Shown: positions 49,700-61,228 of the stretch, one piece after another
Position numbering within the stretch: position 1 is the stretch's first letter
How the letters are laid out: each line of letters begins with the position of its first letter
NCBI RefSeq assembly: GCF_018350175.1
Contig: NC_058373.1
Span: forward strand, 103,728,001 to 103,792,000
Direction of reading: 5' to 3'
DNA length: 64,000 nt
Source of the DNA: Felis catus
Taxonomy: Eukaryota
Translations under genes and position numbers: made by a program
The notes under the pieces: generated by a model
Database searches by the model: none
Seen by the model: the letters and a program-made list of their open reading frames with translations, nothing else
What the model was told of the DNA's origin: nothing

Positions 49700-51950
49700 A
49701 GCCATGACTACTACTCTCTCCTTCTCTTCGGCATTCTATGCCAATCCGGTGCCTTTCAAATTTGTAAATAATCAGTAATTTATAAAATGCGGTAAATATA
49801 TATTATGCATAGCATACACACAACAGATTTTTCTGACTGAATTATGTTGCTTGTCATGCAAATAGGTAATCCCGAATCAATTAAAAAACAAAGGCACGTT
49901 GTAATGGAGTAATGGAAGTTTCTGGATGCCAGCTCCTAGGCACAGGGTCCTTAAAGACAGAGAAGAAAAAGGAAAAGAAACCCGGAGAACAATATCATCA
50001 TTCTATCAGCAGTTAACTTGAGTCTACTTATGCATGATCAAAGACTGCAAATATAGTTTAAACAGCATGAAATAATCGCTGGGTTTACAATATGAAATGA
50101 TTTTTAAAAGCGAGACCGACAACAATCGTGGTGCCACTATGTTCGGCGACTAAAGACTAATTTTGTGATGCACAGCCAAGCTGAGGTAGTGGTAGGGAAA
50201 TTAGGGTTAAGAGGCTAACCTCCCTCCCGGGTTCCCTTTGAAGATTTCTATATTCTGGGGGAGAGGGTAATGAAAATATTTTACCTCCCCTATTGCAATT
50301 AGGTCAGTGGGCCAAAGAAAAAAGCTGCTCCCTCCACCACACGCCAGCGCAATTGCAATCCCAAAAGAGGCCGAAGGGACAGGATTCCGCAATATCGCCT
50401 GCTCTAGAAAGGCCAGTCCAACGACAGTGAGTTCGGCTCCTCTGCCAGCTCCGGCATTTTGGCAAGGGAGAGACTAAAAAAGAAGCGCAAGCCTTCCTTC
50501 CCGATCCTTAAGCTTCTCACACCTGCCGAGCATCCACACCAACTGGGAGCTCCAGTGAACCAAAACGACTCACGGCTTGGAGATGAGGGCCAGTGTTCCT
50601 AACGACAGAAAGGGAGACCCTGGCATCTCCATTGCCGGACGCTCCTTAGCAAGGAAAGAAAGCCGTAACAGGGAACAGCCATCTGCCTGGTTGCCTCGCT
50701 GTTGCTGTTTTTCTAATTTCGCTTCTGACACCGATGAGGCAAAGGAGTGGCGTATAGAACATTCAGAACCCAGAAACTTAATAAAACGGCTCGAAACATG
50801 ACAGCGTTTATGAAAAAGATTAATTACTAGGAGTACGGAGGCCTGATGCCAGGAATTTATAGGATTGATACAAATACGATGCCCTGCTGGGCTGCTAGGC
50901 CCATAAAATGCGACCCTAATCTTCAGGCCTATTGTTGTTTTTGCAGAAACAACAGGCTTCAGCCAAGACAACAAAAGGGTCCATAATAGAGTTTCAGTAG
51001 GGGGAAAAAAAATCACCAGAGCCGTGGAAAATAAACACCTTTAGAGAATCTGTTTGTGAACACCTAACCCGGCCTTCCCTCAGAGCGCCCATGTCTACAG
51101 AGTGAAGGCGCCATTGTTGTGTTTATCTCTGAGCCCAGCTGAAGGAAAGGGGAGGACCAATTAGGAAAAAGAAATGGGGCCGCTAACCGCACAGCCCGCA
51201 GTTCCGACTGGCAGTGGACAGATAGTTTGTTCTTTAATTGGGAAATAATCCAACCGCCTTCTTAAAGAAGAGAATTGCTCTTGCAAACACCCAGGAAGAC
51301 CTCTGCCTCCGATCACTATTTTAGTTCTTTGTAAACATGTTTTAACCTCCTCTCCCCGCCTTATGGTTCTCCTTACGCATCTCGCCCACCTCTCATAATT
51401 GATGTGTCTGACATTCAGAAACACTTTGCAAAACCGCAAATTAGTCATGGCAGGAACAAGAAAAGAAGCTCAACTCGGCAATTGGATTACACTAACCAAT
51501 CGGACCGGTGGCTGCCTGTGTTTGTCCTCGCCACAGTGATGGTAAAGAGAAAGACAACCTTCGTAACTAGTAATTTGAGGTCTGCACTACATTCGTGTTT
51601 AAAATCGTACACATTCCCTGGGTACCGACCAAAGGGAAAGCACTGCGTTTTTCCATGTTCGTGTGTCTGCAATGTCTTTATAAAGTGTGAAGGGGTCAAG
51701 GTAAAAACACCTACCCTAAGTGCAACCTGTGTTCACGTACAAATTAATCTTGACATTCGACATCATTCAAAGGGTTCGTTTACAACATATGGTGTCTGTT
51801 TCACACGCTAACGGTGACTTTTTAATTTGAAGTCAGCCACAATCAGTGGTCCTAAATCCTCACTGTCTCCGGGATTAATTATGGGCACTAGACAGCAATA
51901 GCAATCCTCTCTTCATGATAAGCTGCATGGAGGAGTTGGCAGGAGGAGAA
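49700..51950. promoter_or_regulatory. Candidate developmental enhancer cluster in a block with no recognisable repeats
   Basis: SOX-OCT-like cttgtcATGCAAAT 49850-49863, TAATCC 49867, AACAAAG 49887; TCF sites 50037, 50236, 51766; TGACAGcgTTTATGA 50799-50813; CCATAAAA 50901; visibly more CpGs than the flanks. Confidence 0.5.
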
Positions 51951-52629
51951 AATAGGGCTTTCAAGGTTAGAGAATAACCAGACGGACACACACATCTTTA
52001 ATGACACCCGTTTGAAATATTAATGATAAGATGGCCTCCATTCTTAGAGCACCTTAGTAAAACACCCTAGACCCAAGAAATGCCATTCCTAAGTGCTTCC
52101 TACTTCTTCCTCTCGGTAGAACAATTGAAATAGCTACACTCTTCTGCCTCTACAGTGAACAACTGCTACACAAACAAATACACGAAATAACAAGAACAAC
52201 AATAATGGACAGCAACTATGGCTCCATCGGCCAGCAGCTTCCCAGCTTAACCAGCCAGAACCTGCAGGAACACGGGTGGTGCTCATTCAGGACGTGCCGC
52301 CTCACCATGGACGAAAAGAATCACAGTCTCTACCCACAGATGAATGAAGCAGCCACAGATTCACTGACCACATATCTACCTATGCTTCCCGCAATGTATA
52401 ACATAAAGTGGAGTTCCTAATCACAATCATTCCTGCAGACCTGCTCACACAGCAAGATGCTCAAACCTCTGTGCTGTTTTAGCAATGTATTCTTCTACCT
52501 GGTCATCACCTGTTTCTAAAGACTGAGGAAAGGGGTCAGGTTGATTCCTTGCAATACTTTCCAGTCCTGTTTTTCAAAATCTAAGATGTTTTACTGGATC
52601 ATCCTGATTGTGTCTTGGGTAACTTGTTG

Positions 52630-53010
52630 TATATTCACTGGAGAATTTAAACACCTACAATGTGTCAGGCACCGTCCTGGGCCAGAGGATACAATGGTGT
52701 GCAAAAACAGGGGGGTTCTGCCTTAGGTGGGAGGATGTGCATTAGAGAAAAGAGGCCAGGTCATTCTGGGGACTGCGGGAAGCTTCCTTGAGGAAATGAC
52801 ATTTTGGCTGAAATCTTAAGGAGGAGTAGGAATTACCTGGGGAAAGTGGAAGGCTGCTCACTCTAGGCAAAGAGCACAGCATGTGCAAAGGTCCTGAGGT
52901 GGGTGAGAGCTTATTTTTTTAGGGAGCAAAAGAAGGCTGGTGACTGGAAGTGAGGAGCGCCTGGCGCTGGAGGAGGTGACAGAGGCAGGCAGGGATTCAA
53001 CTACAGGGTG
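52630..53010 (-). mobile_element. L2 remnant
   Basis: aacacctacaatgtgtcaggcacc...agcttccttgaggaaatgacattttggctgaaatct...cagcatgtgcaaaggtcctgagg. Confidence 0.75.
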
Positions 53011-53334
53011 GTCTTGCATAATTACAGAAACCCAGAATCTTTTTTCTTAGTAAGTCCGTTGCTCTTGTGGAGTTTTTCCAATTGCATTGTGAACAAATAA
53101 GAATATAGGATCTCACTTTGGAAACTCTTAGGGATTTAACATTCCCCAAAGTACTCACAAATAATATAGAGTATAGAAACCTAGGGTGTACAGTCTGAAC
53201 TGTTCAGACATTCAACTCCTGTTTTATAATTTACAACACAGTTTAAAGGCTTAACCATCCAAGAAATACAGACCTATCTCCATAATGTTCTCCTGTGTAT
53301 AGCCAGTTAGTCTCTGAGTTAGTAGCTTTACTAA

Positions 53335-53485
53335 CATACAGATGAAGAAACTCTTTTTATAATTGATCTTTTATATAATTATGTATTCATACAGATGAAT
53401 AAACTTTTAATAATTATAAATTTTATAATTTTGTAATTATAATTTTATAATTTATATAATTTTATAATTTTTATAATTGATAAAT
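53335..53485. repeat. AT-rich low-complexity degenerate duplication
   Basis: catacagatgaa at 53335 and 53388, followed by (TTATAAT)-like iterations. Confidence 0.8.
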
Positions 53486-53581
53486 TCAACAGAATTTTAG
53501 CTTTTTTATGGCTAAAACTTTGATTCCATCATAGCTCAGAATTTGTCCCTCTGTGTCTTCTTGGAACACCATCCAAGATGG

Positions 53582-53665
53582 GGGGGCCTGGCTAGCTCAA
53601 TCGGTAGAGCCTGTGGTGGTGAGTTCAAGCCCCACGCTGGACCTAGAGCTCACTTGAAAAAAAAA
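53582..53665 (+). mobile_element. Short tRNA-like SINE, internally deleted
   Basis: gggcctggctagctcaatcggtagagc...gagttcaagcccc; flanks share tccaaga. Confidence 0.75.
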
Positions 53666-54840
53666 TGTCCAAGAGATTTTAAGTTAAATACCAGCACTGA
53701 GATACTACCCTACTAAAAACAACTAAGTCCTAAAAAACAGACAGCCAAACCCAAAATGTCAGCCAAACTTGTTATGAGATTAAATCCTTTTTCAAATGTG
53801 GACAAAAGACTTGAACTAATTGTAGATACACAATTACAACAGAAATAGTTTTAGGCCATTGGAAAGTGGACTCCATGAAAGGCAATGCAAGGGAGCATCA
53901 TAAATAGGGATGAGTTGACTATCACACTTGACCCAAACATGTCTAAAGAAAACATCTTTGTTTTTTCAGCCTAATTAAATATGGACATTACTGATAGACA
54001 AGACAACATTCAGCATTACATTTTGCCATTTCTCAATTCATAAATAGCCTCCGATGCATTGAATTCTCACCGAAGAATGAAGTGCTTCTGGTTCTTTCTG
54101 TAGTCTGGGATCTTATCTCCCATTGTTGACTCTATCTTAGTAATGGAGATAGATTCAGGATTTTAAATGAATTGGCTTCTTATTCTATATTCTTTTTTCT
54201 TTCACTCAATCCCTCCCCATTAAAAAAATAAATAAATAAAGGTGTAGTTGTTGTTTTCCTGAGGCAAATACTGCTTTTGTATAATGGCAGCGTCCTTTCC
54301 TTTGTCCACCAAGTAGGGACCTCTCCCTGCCATCCACTCTTCGGCACCTGGCTCCCGTAACCACACATCAGTCTCTGGGCTTTGTTTTCTGAAGTTCCTC
54401 AGTGAGTCTTAGCACCTTCCCCCCTCAAGAGTAGTGCTTAATTTTCAGGAACAGAAACTCAAACGTCAGGAACACCATTCCCCTTCAGTTGCTAAAGAGC
54501 CACTATCCCAACAAAACCCACTCGGTTTATCCAGAAGCTGTATTTGCAGCCTGTTAATTACATAGCTCCACAGCAACCCTGCGGGCTGTTGGCTTCTTGG
54601 CCACTTCACTTTTCATTAGCACTTTCAGCAGAAAAAGAACAAGAACAACCAGAAGGCTGAAATTCTCATAAAGCAGCCTTGGATCCTCCCCTGCGAATTT
54701 GGGATCTCATAATTTTGGAAAGGGCCTTACGGATCACCTAGCCCATCCCAGACACGAGGAAACAGTCTCAGGGCCCCGTGCGATTCCCAGGGACACGGGC
54801 TGACATAATGGCAGCGAGGAGATTAGAACCTCCATGGCAG

Positions 54841-54872
54841 ACTCCTGTGTCTTCTACTCCTGTGTCTTCTAC
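54841..54872. repeat. 2 x 15-bp tandem duplication
   Basis: actcctgtgtcttct twice. Confidence 0.93.
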
Positions 54873-55057
54873 CGCAGTGTAGATTCTTTTACAACGGGAG
54901 GTAGAAGTTTGAAATTCTAGTTCCATCTTTGCGTCCTCCTCGCATTGTACTTTCAGGGAAGCCACAGAGCTTTTCTGAAACCCCAGATGATTAATACCTG
55001 CCTTACCTATTGCACAGAGTTACTGTACAGGAAATTACTTTAAAATCTATAAGGAGT

Positions 55058-55293
55058 GGGGGCTCCTGGGTGGCTCAGTAGAGTAAGCCTCTGACTCCTG
55101 GTTTCGGCTCAGGTCATGATCTTACGGTTTGTGGGTTCAAGCCCCGCATTAGGCTCTGCGCTGACAGTGGGGAGCCTGCTTCTAGGATTCTCTCTCTCTC
55201 CCTCTCTCTCTCTCTGCTCCTCCGCCACTCACGCTCTCGTGCATTCTCTCTCTCTCCCTTTTTCTCTCAAAATAAATAAATAGACTTAAAAGA
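55058..55293 (+). mobile_element. CAN-SINE, first part of a SINE-L1-SINE compound
   Basis: Canonical older-type body. Confidence 0.95.
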
Positions 55294-55305
55294 AATAAAA
55301 TCTAG

Positions 55306-55428
55306 GGGGTTGGGGGAGAGGGGAAAGTGGGTGATGGGCACTGAGGAGGTCACTTGTTGGGAGGAGCACTGGGTATTTTATGGAAACCAACTTGACAATA
55401 AATTATATTTAAAAAAATAATAACAATA
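55306..55428 (+). mobile_element. Feline L1 3' UTR stub
   Basis: gggtgatgggcactgaggagg...gagcactgggt...ggaaaccaacttgacaataaa; TSD aaataaaa(t/c)ctag. Confidence 0.88.
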
Positions 55429-55439
55429 AAATAAAACCT

Positions 55440-55660
55440 AGGTGCACCTGAGTGGCTCAGTCAGTTAAGTGCCGACCTTGGCTCAGGTCATGATCTCGCG
55501 GTCCGTGAGTTCAAGCCCCGCGTCGGGCTCTGTGCTGACAGCTCCTAGCCTGGAGCCTGCTTCAGATTCTGTGTCTCCCTCTCTCTGCCCCTCCCCTGCT
55601 CGTGCTCTGTCTTTCTCTCTCTCTCAAAAATAAAACATGAAAAAAATTAAAAAATAAAAT
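55440..55660 (+). mobile_element. Feline CAN-SINE, third part of the compound
   Basis: Canonical body. Confidence 0.95.
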
Positions 55661-55805
55661 GTTAAGGAGTTGGCGTTGTGGTGTGTGTTTGTTTTTGAGG
55701 GCAGAAGAAAATGTATTCAAAACACTGTAGTAAAATATACCTGGTTCCTGACAAGGTGGTGAACAACTCAGGGTGTTAGCTTCCAGCATTAAACCTTAAA
55801 TCCCG

Positions 55806-56015
55806 GGGGCGCCTGGGTGGGGTCAGTTGAGCATCCGACTTCGGCTCAGGTCATGATCTCACCGTTTGGTTCTTGAGTTTGAGCTCTGCATTGGGCTAGC
55901 TGCTGTCAGCACAGAGCCCACTTCAGATCCTCTGTCCCCCTCTCTCTACCCTTTCCCTGTTCGTTCTCTCTCTCTCAAAAATAAATAAAACATTAAAAAA
56001 CAAAAACAAAAACAA
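55806..56015 (+). mobile_element. CAN-SINE
   Basis: TSD aaaccttaaa(t/c)cc. Confidence 0.95.
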
Positions 56016-56549
56016 AACCTTAAACCCTCTGAAGTGAGAGGGGTACGGATGAATCCAGAGCTTAAAGACCTGCTCAACACAAGGCATAGAGAGAGGGACA
56101 GAGGATCTGTCACAGGGCAGGGGCAGGGGCAGGTGTCCCAGACACAGGACAGGATGGGGAGGGTTCTTGTTCCTGTTGTGCACTTTTTCTCCGCCTAAGT
56201 GCTCCGGGAGGCCCCCCACACAAGCAATGTCTCCTCAGGGCAAAGAACTATCAATGCCAGCCCAGCACTCGCTGGAGGCAGCAGGTAACATCAGAACAGC
56301 CTAGAAGCCCAGTTGTAGCTGATAACATAGTCTATTTCTTGAAATTCCAATCAGAATTCCAAGAGGACTTAAAAAAAAAATGGAAAAGTTACTGTAACTT
56401 AAATACAGAGAATAAAGAGCCATAAACAGCTAAGATACTTTTGAAAAAGAAGAACAAAGAGGGAAGAGCATGATTCACTCTACTAGATTCAGGAATGCAA
56501 TAAAGCCTTGGTGGTAATAATTGCTGTTTAAAAAAAAAAAAAAAAAGTC

Positions 56550-56773
56550 GGGGCACATGGGTGGCTCGGTCAGTTGGGCGTCCGACTTCAGCTCAGGTCA
56601 TGATCTCGCGGTCCGTGAGTTCCAGCCCCGCGTCGGGCTCTGTGCTGACAGCTCAGAGCCTGAAGCCTGTTTCAGATTCTGTGTCTCCCTCTCTCTGACC
56701 CTCCCCCATTCATGCTCTGTCTCTCTCTGTCTCAAAAATAAATAAACGTTAAAAAAAAAATTAAAAAAAAAAA
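56550..56773 (+). mobile_element. Feline CAN-SINE
   Basis: Canonical structure in an A-rich target. Confidence 0.96.
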
Positions 56774-56926
56774 GTTGTTCAGGTACTGAAATAGACCCAT
56801 GATCCAGAACAGAATGAATATTTATGGAATACAAGTATGGATAAATATATGGTATTTCTCTTAGCAACAAGAACTTTGTATATAAGAAAAATGTCACCAA
56901 AACTCAGTGAAGAAAAGATGGTCATT

Positions 56927-57964
56927 AATTAATTAATTAATTATTCTTATTTTAATTTAAATCCAACTTAGTTAACATATAGTGTAATAATGACTTCAGG
57001 GGTAAAATTTAGTGATTCATCACTTACATATAACATCCAGTGCTCATCCCAACAAGTGCCCTCCTTAATGCCCATCACCCATTTAGACCATCCCCCCCAC
57101 CCACCCAACACCCCACCAGCAACCCTCAGATTGTTCTCTGTATTTAAGAGTCTCTTGGGGCGCCTGGGAGGCTCGGTCGGTTAAGCAGCCGACTTCGGCT
57201 CAGGTCATGATCTCGCGGTCCGTGAGTTCGAGCCCCGCGTCAGGCTCTGTGCTGACAGCTCAGAGCCTGGAGCCTGCTTCACATTCTGTGTCTCCCTCTC
57301 TCTGACCCTCCCCCGCTCATGCTCTGTCTCTCTCTGTCTCAAAAAAATAAATAAACGAAAATAAATAAATAAATAAATAAACGTTAAAAAAATTAAAAAA
57401 AAAAGTCTCTTATGGTTTGTCTCCCTTTCTGTTTTGATCTTATATTTGCTTCCTTTCCCTTATGTTCTTTTGTTTCATTTCACAGATGAGTGAAATCATA
57501 CTAGATTTGTCTTTCCCTGACTTCACTTAGCATTCCATTCATATTGTTGCAAACGACCAGATTTCATTCTTTTTGGTTGCCAAGTAATACTCCATTGTGT
57601 ATATATACCACATCTTTATCTATTCATCAGTCAATGGACATTTGGGCTCTTTCCCTACTTTGACTATTGTCGATAGTGCTGCTATAAACGTTGGGGTGCA
57701 TGTGTCCCTTCGAAACAGCACACCTGTATCCCTTGGATAAATACCTAGTAGTGCAATTCCTGGGTCGTAGGGTAGTTCTATTTTTAATTTTTTGAGAAAC
57801 CTCCAGACTCTTTTCCAGAGTGGCTGCACCAGTTTGCATTCCCACAGCAGTGCAAAAGTGTTGTCCTTTCTCCACATCCTTGCCAGCATCTGTTGCTTCC
57901 TGAGTTGTTAATTTTAGCCATTCTGACAGGTGTGAGTTGGTATCTCACCGTGGTTTTGATTTGT
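56927..57964 (-). mobile_element. 5'-truncated carnivore/feline L1 with ORF2 C-terminal remnant
   Basis: ORF 57620-57889 [40 protein letters not shown] aagaaaa(g/c)atggtcatt 56910-56926 / 57965-57981. Confidence 0.96.
57157..57403 (+). mobile_element. Feline CAN-SINE nested in the L1
   Basis: TSD aa(g/a)agtctctt. Confidence 0.97.
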
Positions 57965-58905
57965 AAGAAAACATGGTCATTTAGACTGATTCAGGGTTGG
58001 AAAACTGATTATATCAAGAAGAGTAAAAGTTGCTCTCTAACCTAAAAGGATGAACTTCAAGAAAGAATTAGAGATATCAATGTGAAAGATGAAACTACAA
58101 AACTAATACAGGAAAACTGCTGAAGAATATCTTTGTGAGCTTAGGGTGAGGAAGGATTTTTTTTTTTTAATTTAAAGGCATAAACCATAAGAGGAAAAAC
58201 TGATGGACTTGACAAAAAATAATAGAGGTAGTAATTTTGATTCAACAAATGACACCACAAAGTTAATGAATTGGTGATATATTAAAAAAAGATATCTGTC
58301 CTAAGTAAAACCAATGAGATATTAATTTCTAGATGACACAAAGTACTCCTGTATGTCAGAAAGAAAAAACCATGAACTCAAATAGGAAAATGGTCCAAAG
58401 ATATAAATATTCCATTCACAGTGAAGGAAATAGAAAGAGCTAATAGATACACCAAAAAATAGACAACAGTGCTAATAACCAGAGCTATGTACATTAAAGC
58501 AACACTAAAATAACTTTATGTTCATCAGATGGGTCCAAAACTGAAAAGTTAGATAATGTCAAGTGTTGGACTATTTGGGGAATCAGGAATCCTCATACAT
58601 TGCTGGTGGGAGTATAGACCTAAGTACAGTTAAGCTACAATATGATCTGACACTATTTACAGTATATACCTGAGAGAAATGATCCTGTACAAGGCCATTC
58701 ATGGCACATTTTCATTACAATGGAGATTTCAAAGTAGATGCCTGTAACATTAACAGTATGTGGCAGTCAAAAGCCATGAAGTACGTAAACATCTAGCAAT
58801 GTTCATTTCAAGCAGAACTTGAAAACTGCACGGAGGGAAAAATGAGAACTGGATTGGGATCCATAGCACAACACCACTTATGTATATTACGATCATACAT
58901 CCTTT

Positions 58906-59052
58906 GGGGCACCTGGGTAGCTCAGTCAGTTGAGCGCCTGCCTTCGACTCAGGTCATGATCTCACCGTTCCTGGGTTCAGGCTCTGTGCTGACAGCTCAG
59001 AGCCTGGAGCCTGCTTCAGATTCTGTGTCTCCCTCTCTCTCTGCCCCTCCCC

Positions 59053-59086
<34 letters not shown>

Positions 59087-59113
59087 AGTAAATAAATATT
59101 TAAAAAAGTTTAA
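58906..59113 (+). mobile_element. Feline CAN-SINE with small internal deletion
   Basis: TSD atcatacatc(c/t)tt. Confidence 0.95.
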
Positions 59114-60426
59114 ATCATACATCTTTTAGAAAAAAATTCACAGTGTATATCTTCCAAGAATCCATGCATATCGAAGGAAAAACATGATCTGCATTAGAGA
59201 CAGTGCCTATGGAGGGTGAGGACATACGGGGATACAGGTGGGGTCGATGACTGTGTGATCAACTGGAGAGTATGATTAATCCAACTCTCTGCACCTCAGG
59301 TTAAAAAAAAAAACCCTGTGGAACAGCTTAATGAACATTATTTTTTAAGATGCTAAGACCAACAGCAAGGAAAGACACGTTTAAACATTAAATAAAATGG
59401 TCACTCTAAACTTTATCTAGAAACTATCTCATAAATTCAGCATCACTGAGGGAGTGATCGCAAATGTCAAGGAGTTCTTTACAGAGTCTGTCTTGTGAAA
59501 CGGGTACAGGGGAACGTTGCATTTCTAAAACAATGTGCAATAAGTTTTATTTATTATTTATTGTTTTTATTTATTAACAGCTGAAATAAACACTTGCGTT
59601 TATTCCGGGCTCATTTCAGAGAAAACCAGTAGGATAGTGACACCACCGTTTGGAGAAGTGACTAAGTGCCATTCCCTGCACATGGGGAGAGCACCCACTC
59701 TAAGAGATTGTGCAGATTTGCACCAGAGACCATTCTAAAGTCCTGAAACGTTAGAATAAAAAATAAGGGCAGCCGTCTCTGTTTCCCTTATTTCCAATGT
59801 TGCTGTTAGCATCCGCCCAATGTTTAAACGGAGCGTCATTCGAAATGTACTTTTTATTTCAGTGATTCAAAGCTCTTATAAAGCTGCTCAGTAGAAAAGC
59901 ATGACATAGCTTCGTCTCAAAAGGACTTCGTTTCCAAAGGAATTTCATAATACATGCGATATGACCCCTCTACCTGTAGGAGGGATTGGAAATGAACTGC
60001 AGGGCTGTGAGTTCTGTCCCTTTCGACTCTGAAGTCATTTGCATGGCGTTGGGTGGTGTAGAACCAGCAGTTGTAGATCCCTGAACAGCATTTGTGGCTC
60101 CTCTGCTTCCAGCCCTGCGTGGACTGTCACCAGTGCATTACTAATTGAACATGATGGGCACTAGGTTGATTAAAGGGAAAATTGCATTCTACTTATCAAA
60201 TGCTGATTAGCATAAGTAGCACATGTGCTTGCTTTCTCTTGCCCTATTCAAGAAACATTTCATTAGAAAAATGAATTCTGTCACTTGGGAAATGGGGTTC
60301 TAACTCATAAAGTTTTTACTCGGCATGTAATATTCAGAGGAACTTGATATACAGTCCGTGGGGGGTGTGTTGCTGTATTTATTTAAAAAACTCCCCAAGC
60401 AGATCTTGGCCAATACTTTGCTTTTA

Positions 60427-60640
60427 AATTTTTTTTTTCAACGTTTATTTATTTTTGGGACAGAGAGAGACAGAGCATGAATGGGGGAGGGGCAGAGAGA
60501 GAGGGACACACAGAATCGGAAACAGGCTCCAGGCTCTGAGCCATCAGCCCAGAGCCCGACGCGGGGCTCGAACTCACGGACCGCGAGATCGTGACCTGGC
60601 TGAAGTCGGACGCTTAACCGACTGCGCCACCCAGGCGCCC
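60427..60640 (-). mobile_element. Young feline CAN-SINE
   Basis: 16-bp perfect TSD caatactttgctttta; many CpGs retained. Confidence 0.98.
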
Positions 60641-61006
60641 CAATACTTTGCTTTTAGAATAGGGGAAGTAAAAAGGCAACTGATGTGAGGTCTTGGCCCC
60701 AGGACATGAAAAGCAGCTGACCCAGGTCCCCTGGGCAACAGATCAGAGCCCTCCAGGGCAGAGACACCAGGAACATAGGCTGCTCCCCTCAGGAGACAGT
60801 CCCACAGCCAAGCGGCAAAAGGCCTCACCGAGCGTGGCCCCTGCCGCAGCTAGCTGCCTGGGTTCCAGGTCTGGTGCCCCACTGCAGCTGCAGCAACTTT
60901 CCCAAGCAGCTGTAAACATCTGTCTGACCCTACCTCTCCCCCACGCCAAACAAAGTTAGAGGAAGGCAGTGTAAGGGAAATGAGGGGAGTAAAGTATTGA
61001 CTTCCC

Positions 61007-61213
61007 GGAGCGCCTGGGTGGCTCAGTTGGTTAAGCATCCGACTTCGGCTTAGGTCATGATCTCATCATGGTTCATGGGTCCGAGCCCCCCGCCCCGCAT
61101 TAGCACTGATGGTGCGCAGCCTGCTTGGGATTCTCTCTCTCTCCCCCTCCATCCCTTCCCCACTTGTGCTCTCTCTCTCTCAAAATAAACAAGCCTAAAA
61201 AAAAAAAGAAAAA
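61007..61213 (+). mobile_element. CAN-SINE
   Basis: TSD aag(t/a)attgactt. Confidence 0.94.
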
Positions 61214-61228
61214 GAATTGACTTTCCCC

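Larger units (their letters stand above)
56330..59320 (+). mobile_element. Ancient L1M remnant (ORF2 3' half and 3' UTR) fragmented by younger insertions
   Basis: acagctaagatacttttgaaaaagaagaacaaag; gaatatctttgtgagcttagggtgaggaaggattt; ggaatcctcatacattgctggtgggagtatag. Confidence 0.7.

Noticed and set aside
50570..51016. 148-aa minus-strand ORF with a hydrophobic N-terminus
   Set aside because: It has a GTG start and no recognisable homology, and the region is better explained as a transcription-factor motif cluster.
10141..60828. Many similar short ORFs (GAWVAQSVKRPTSAQVMISRF...SLSLSQK and other frames) that look like a peptide family or repeat array
   Set aside because: All are translations of CAN-SINE copies. 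They are dispersed retroposons with TSDs, not genes or CRISPR repeats.
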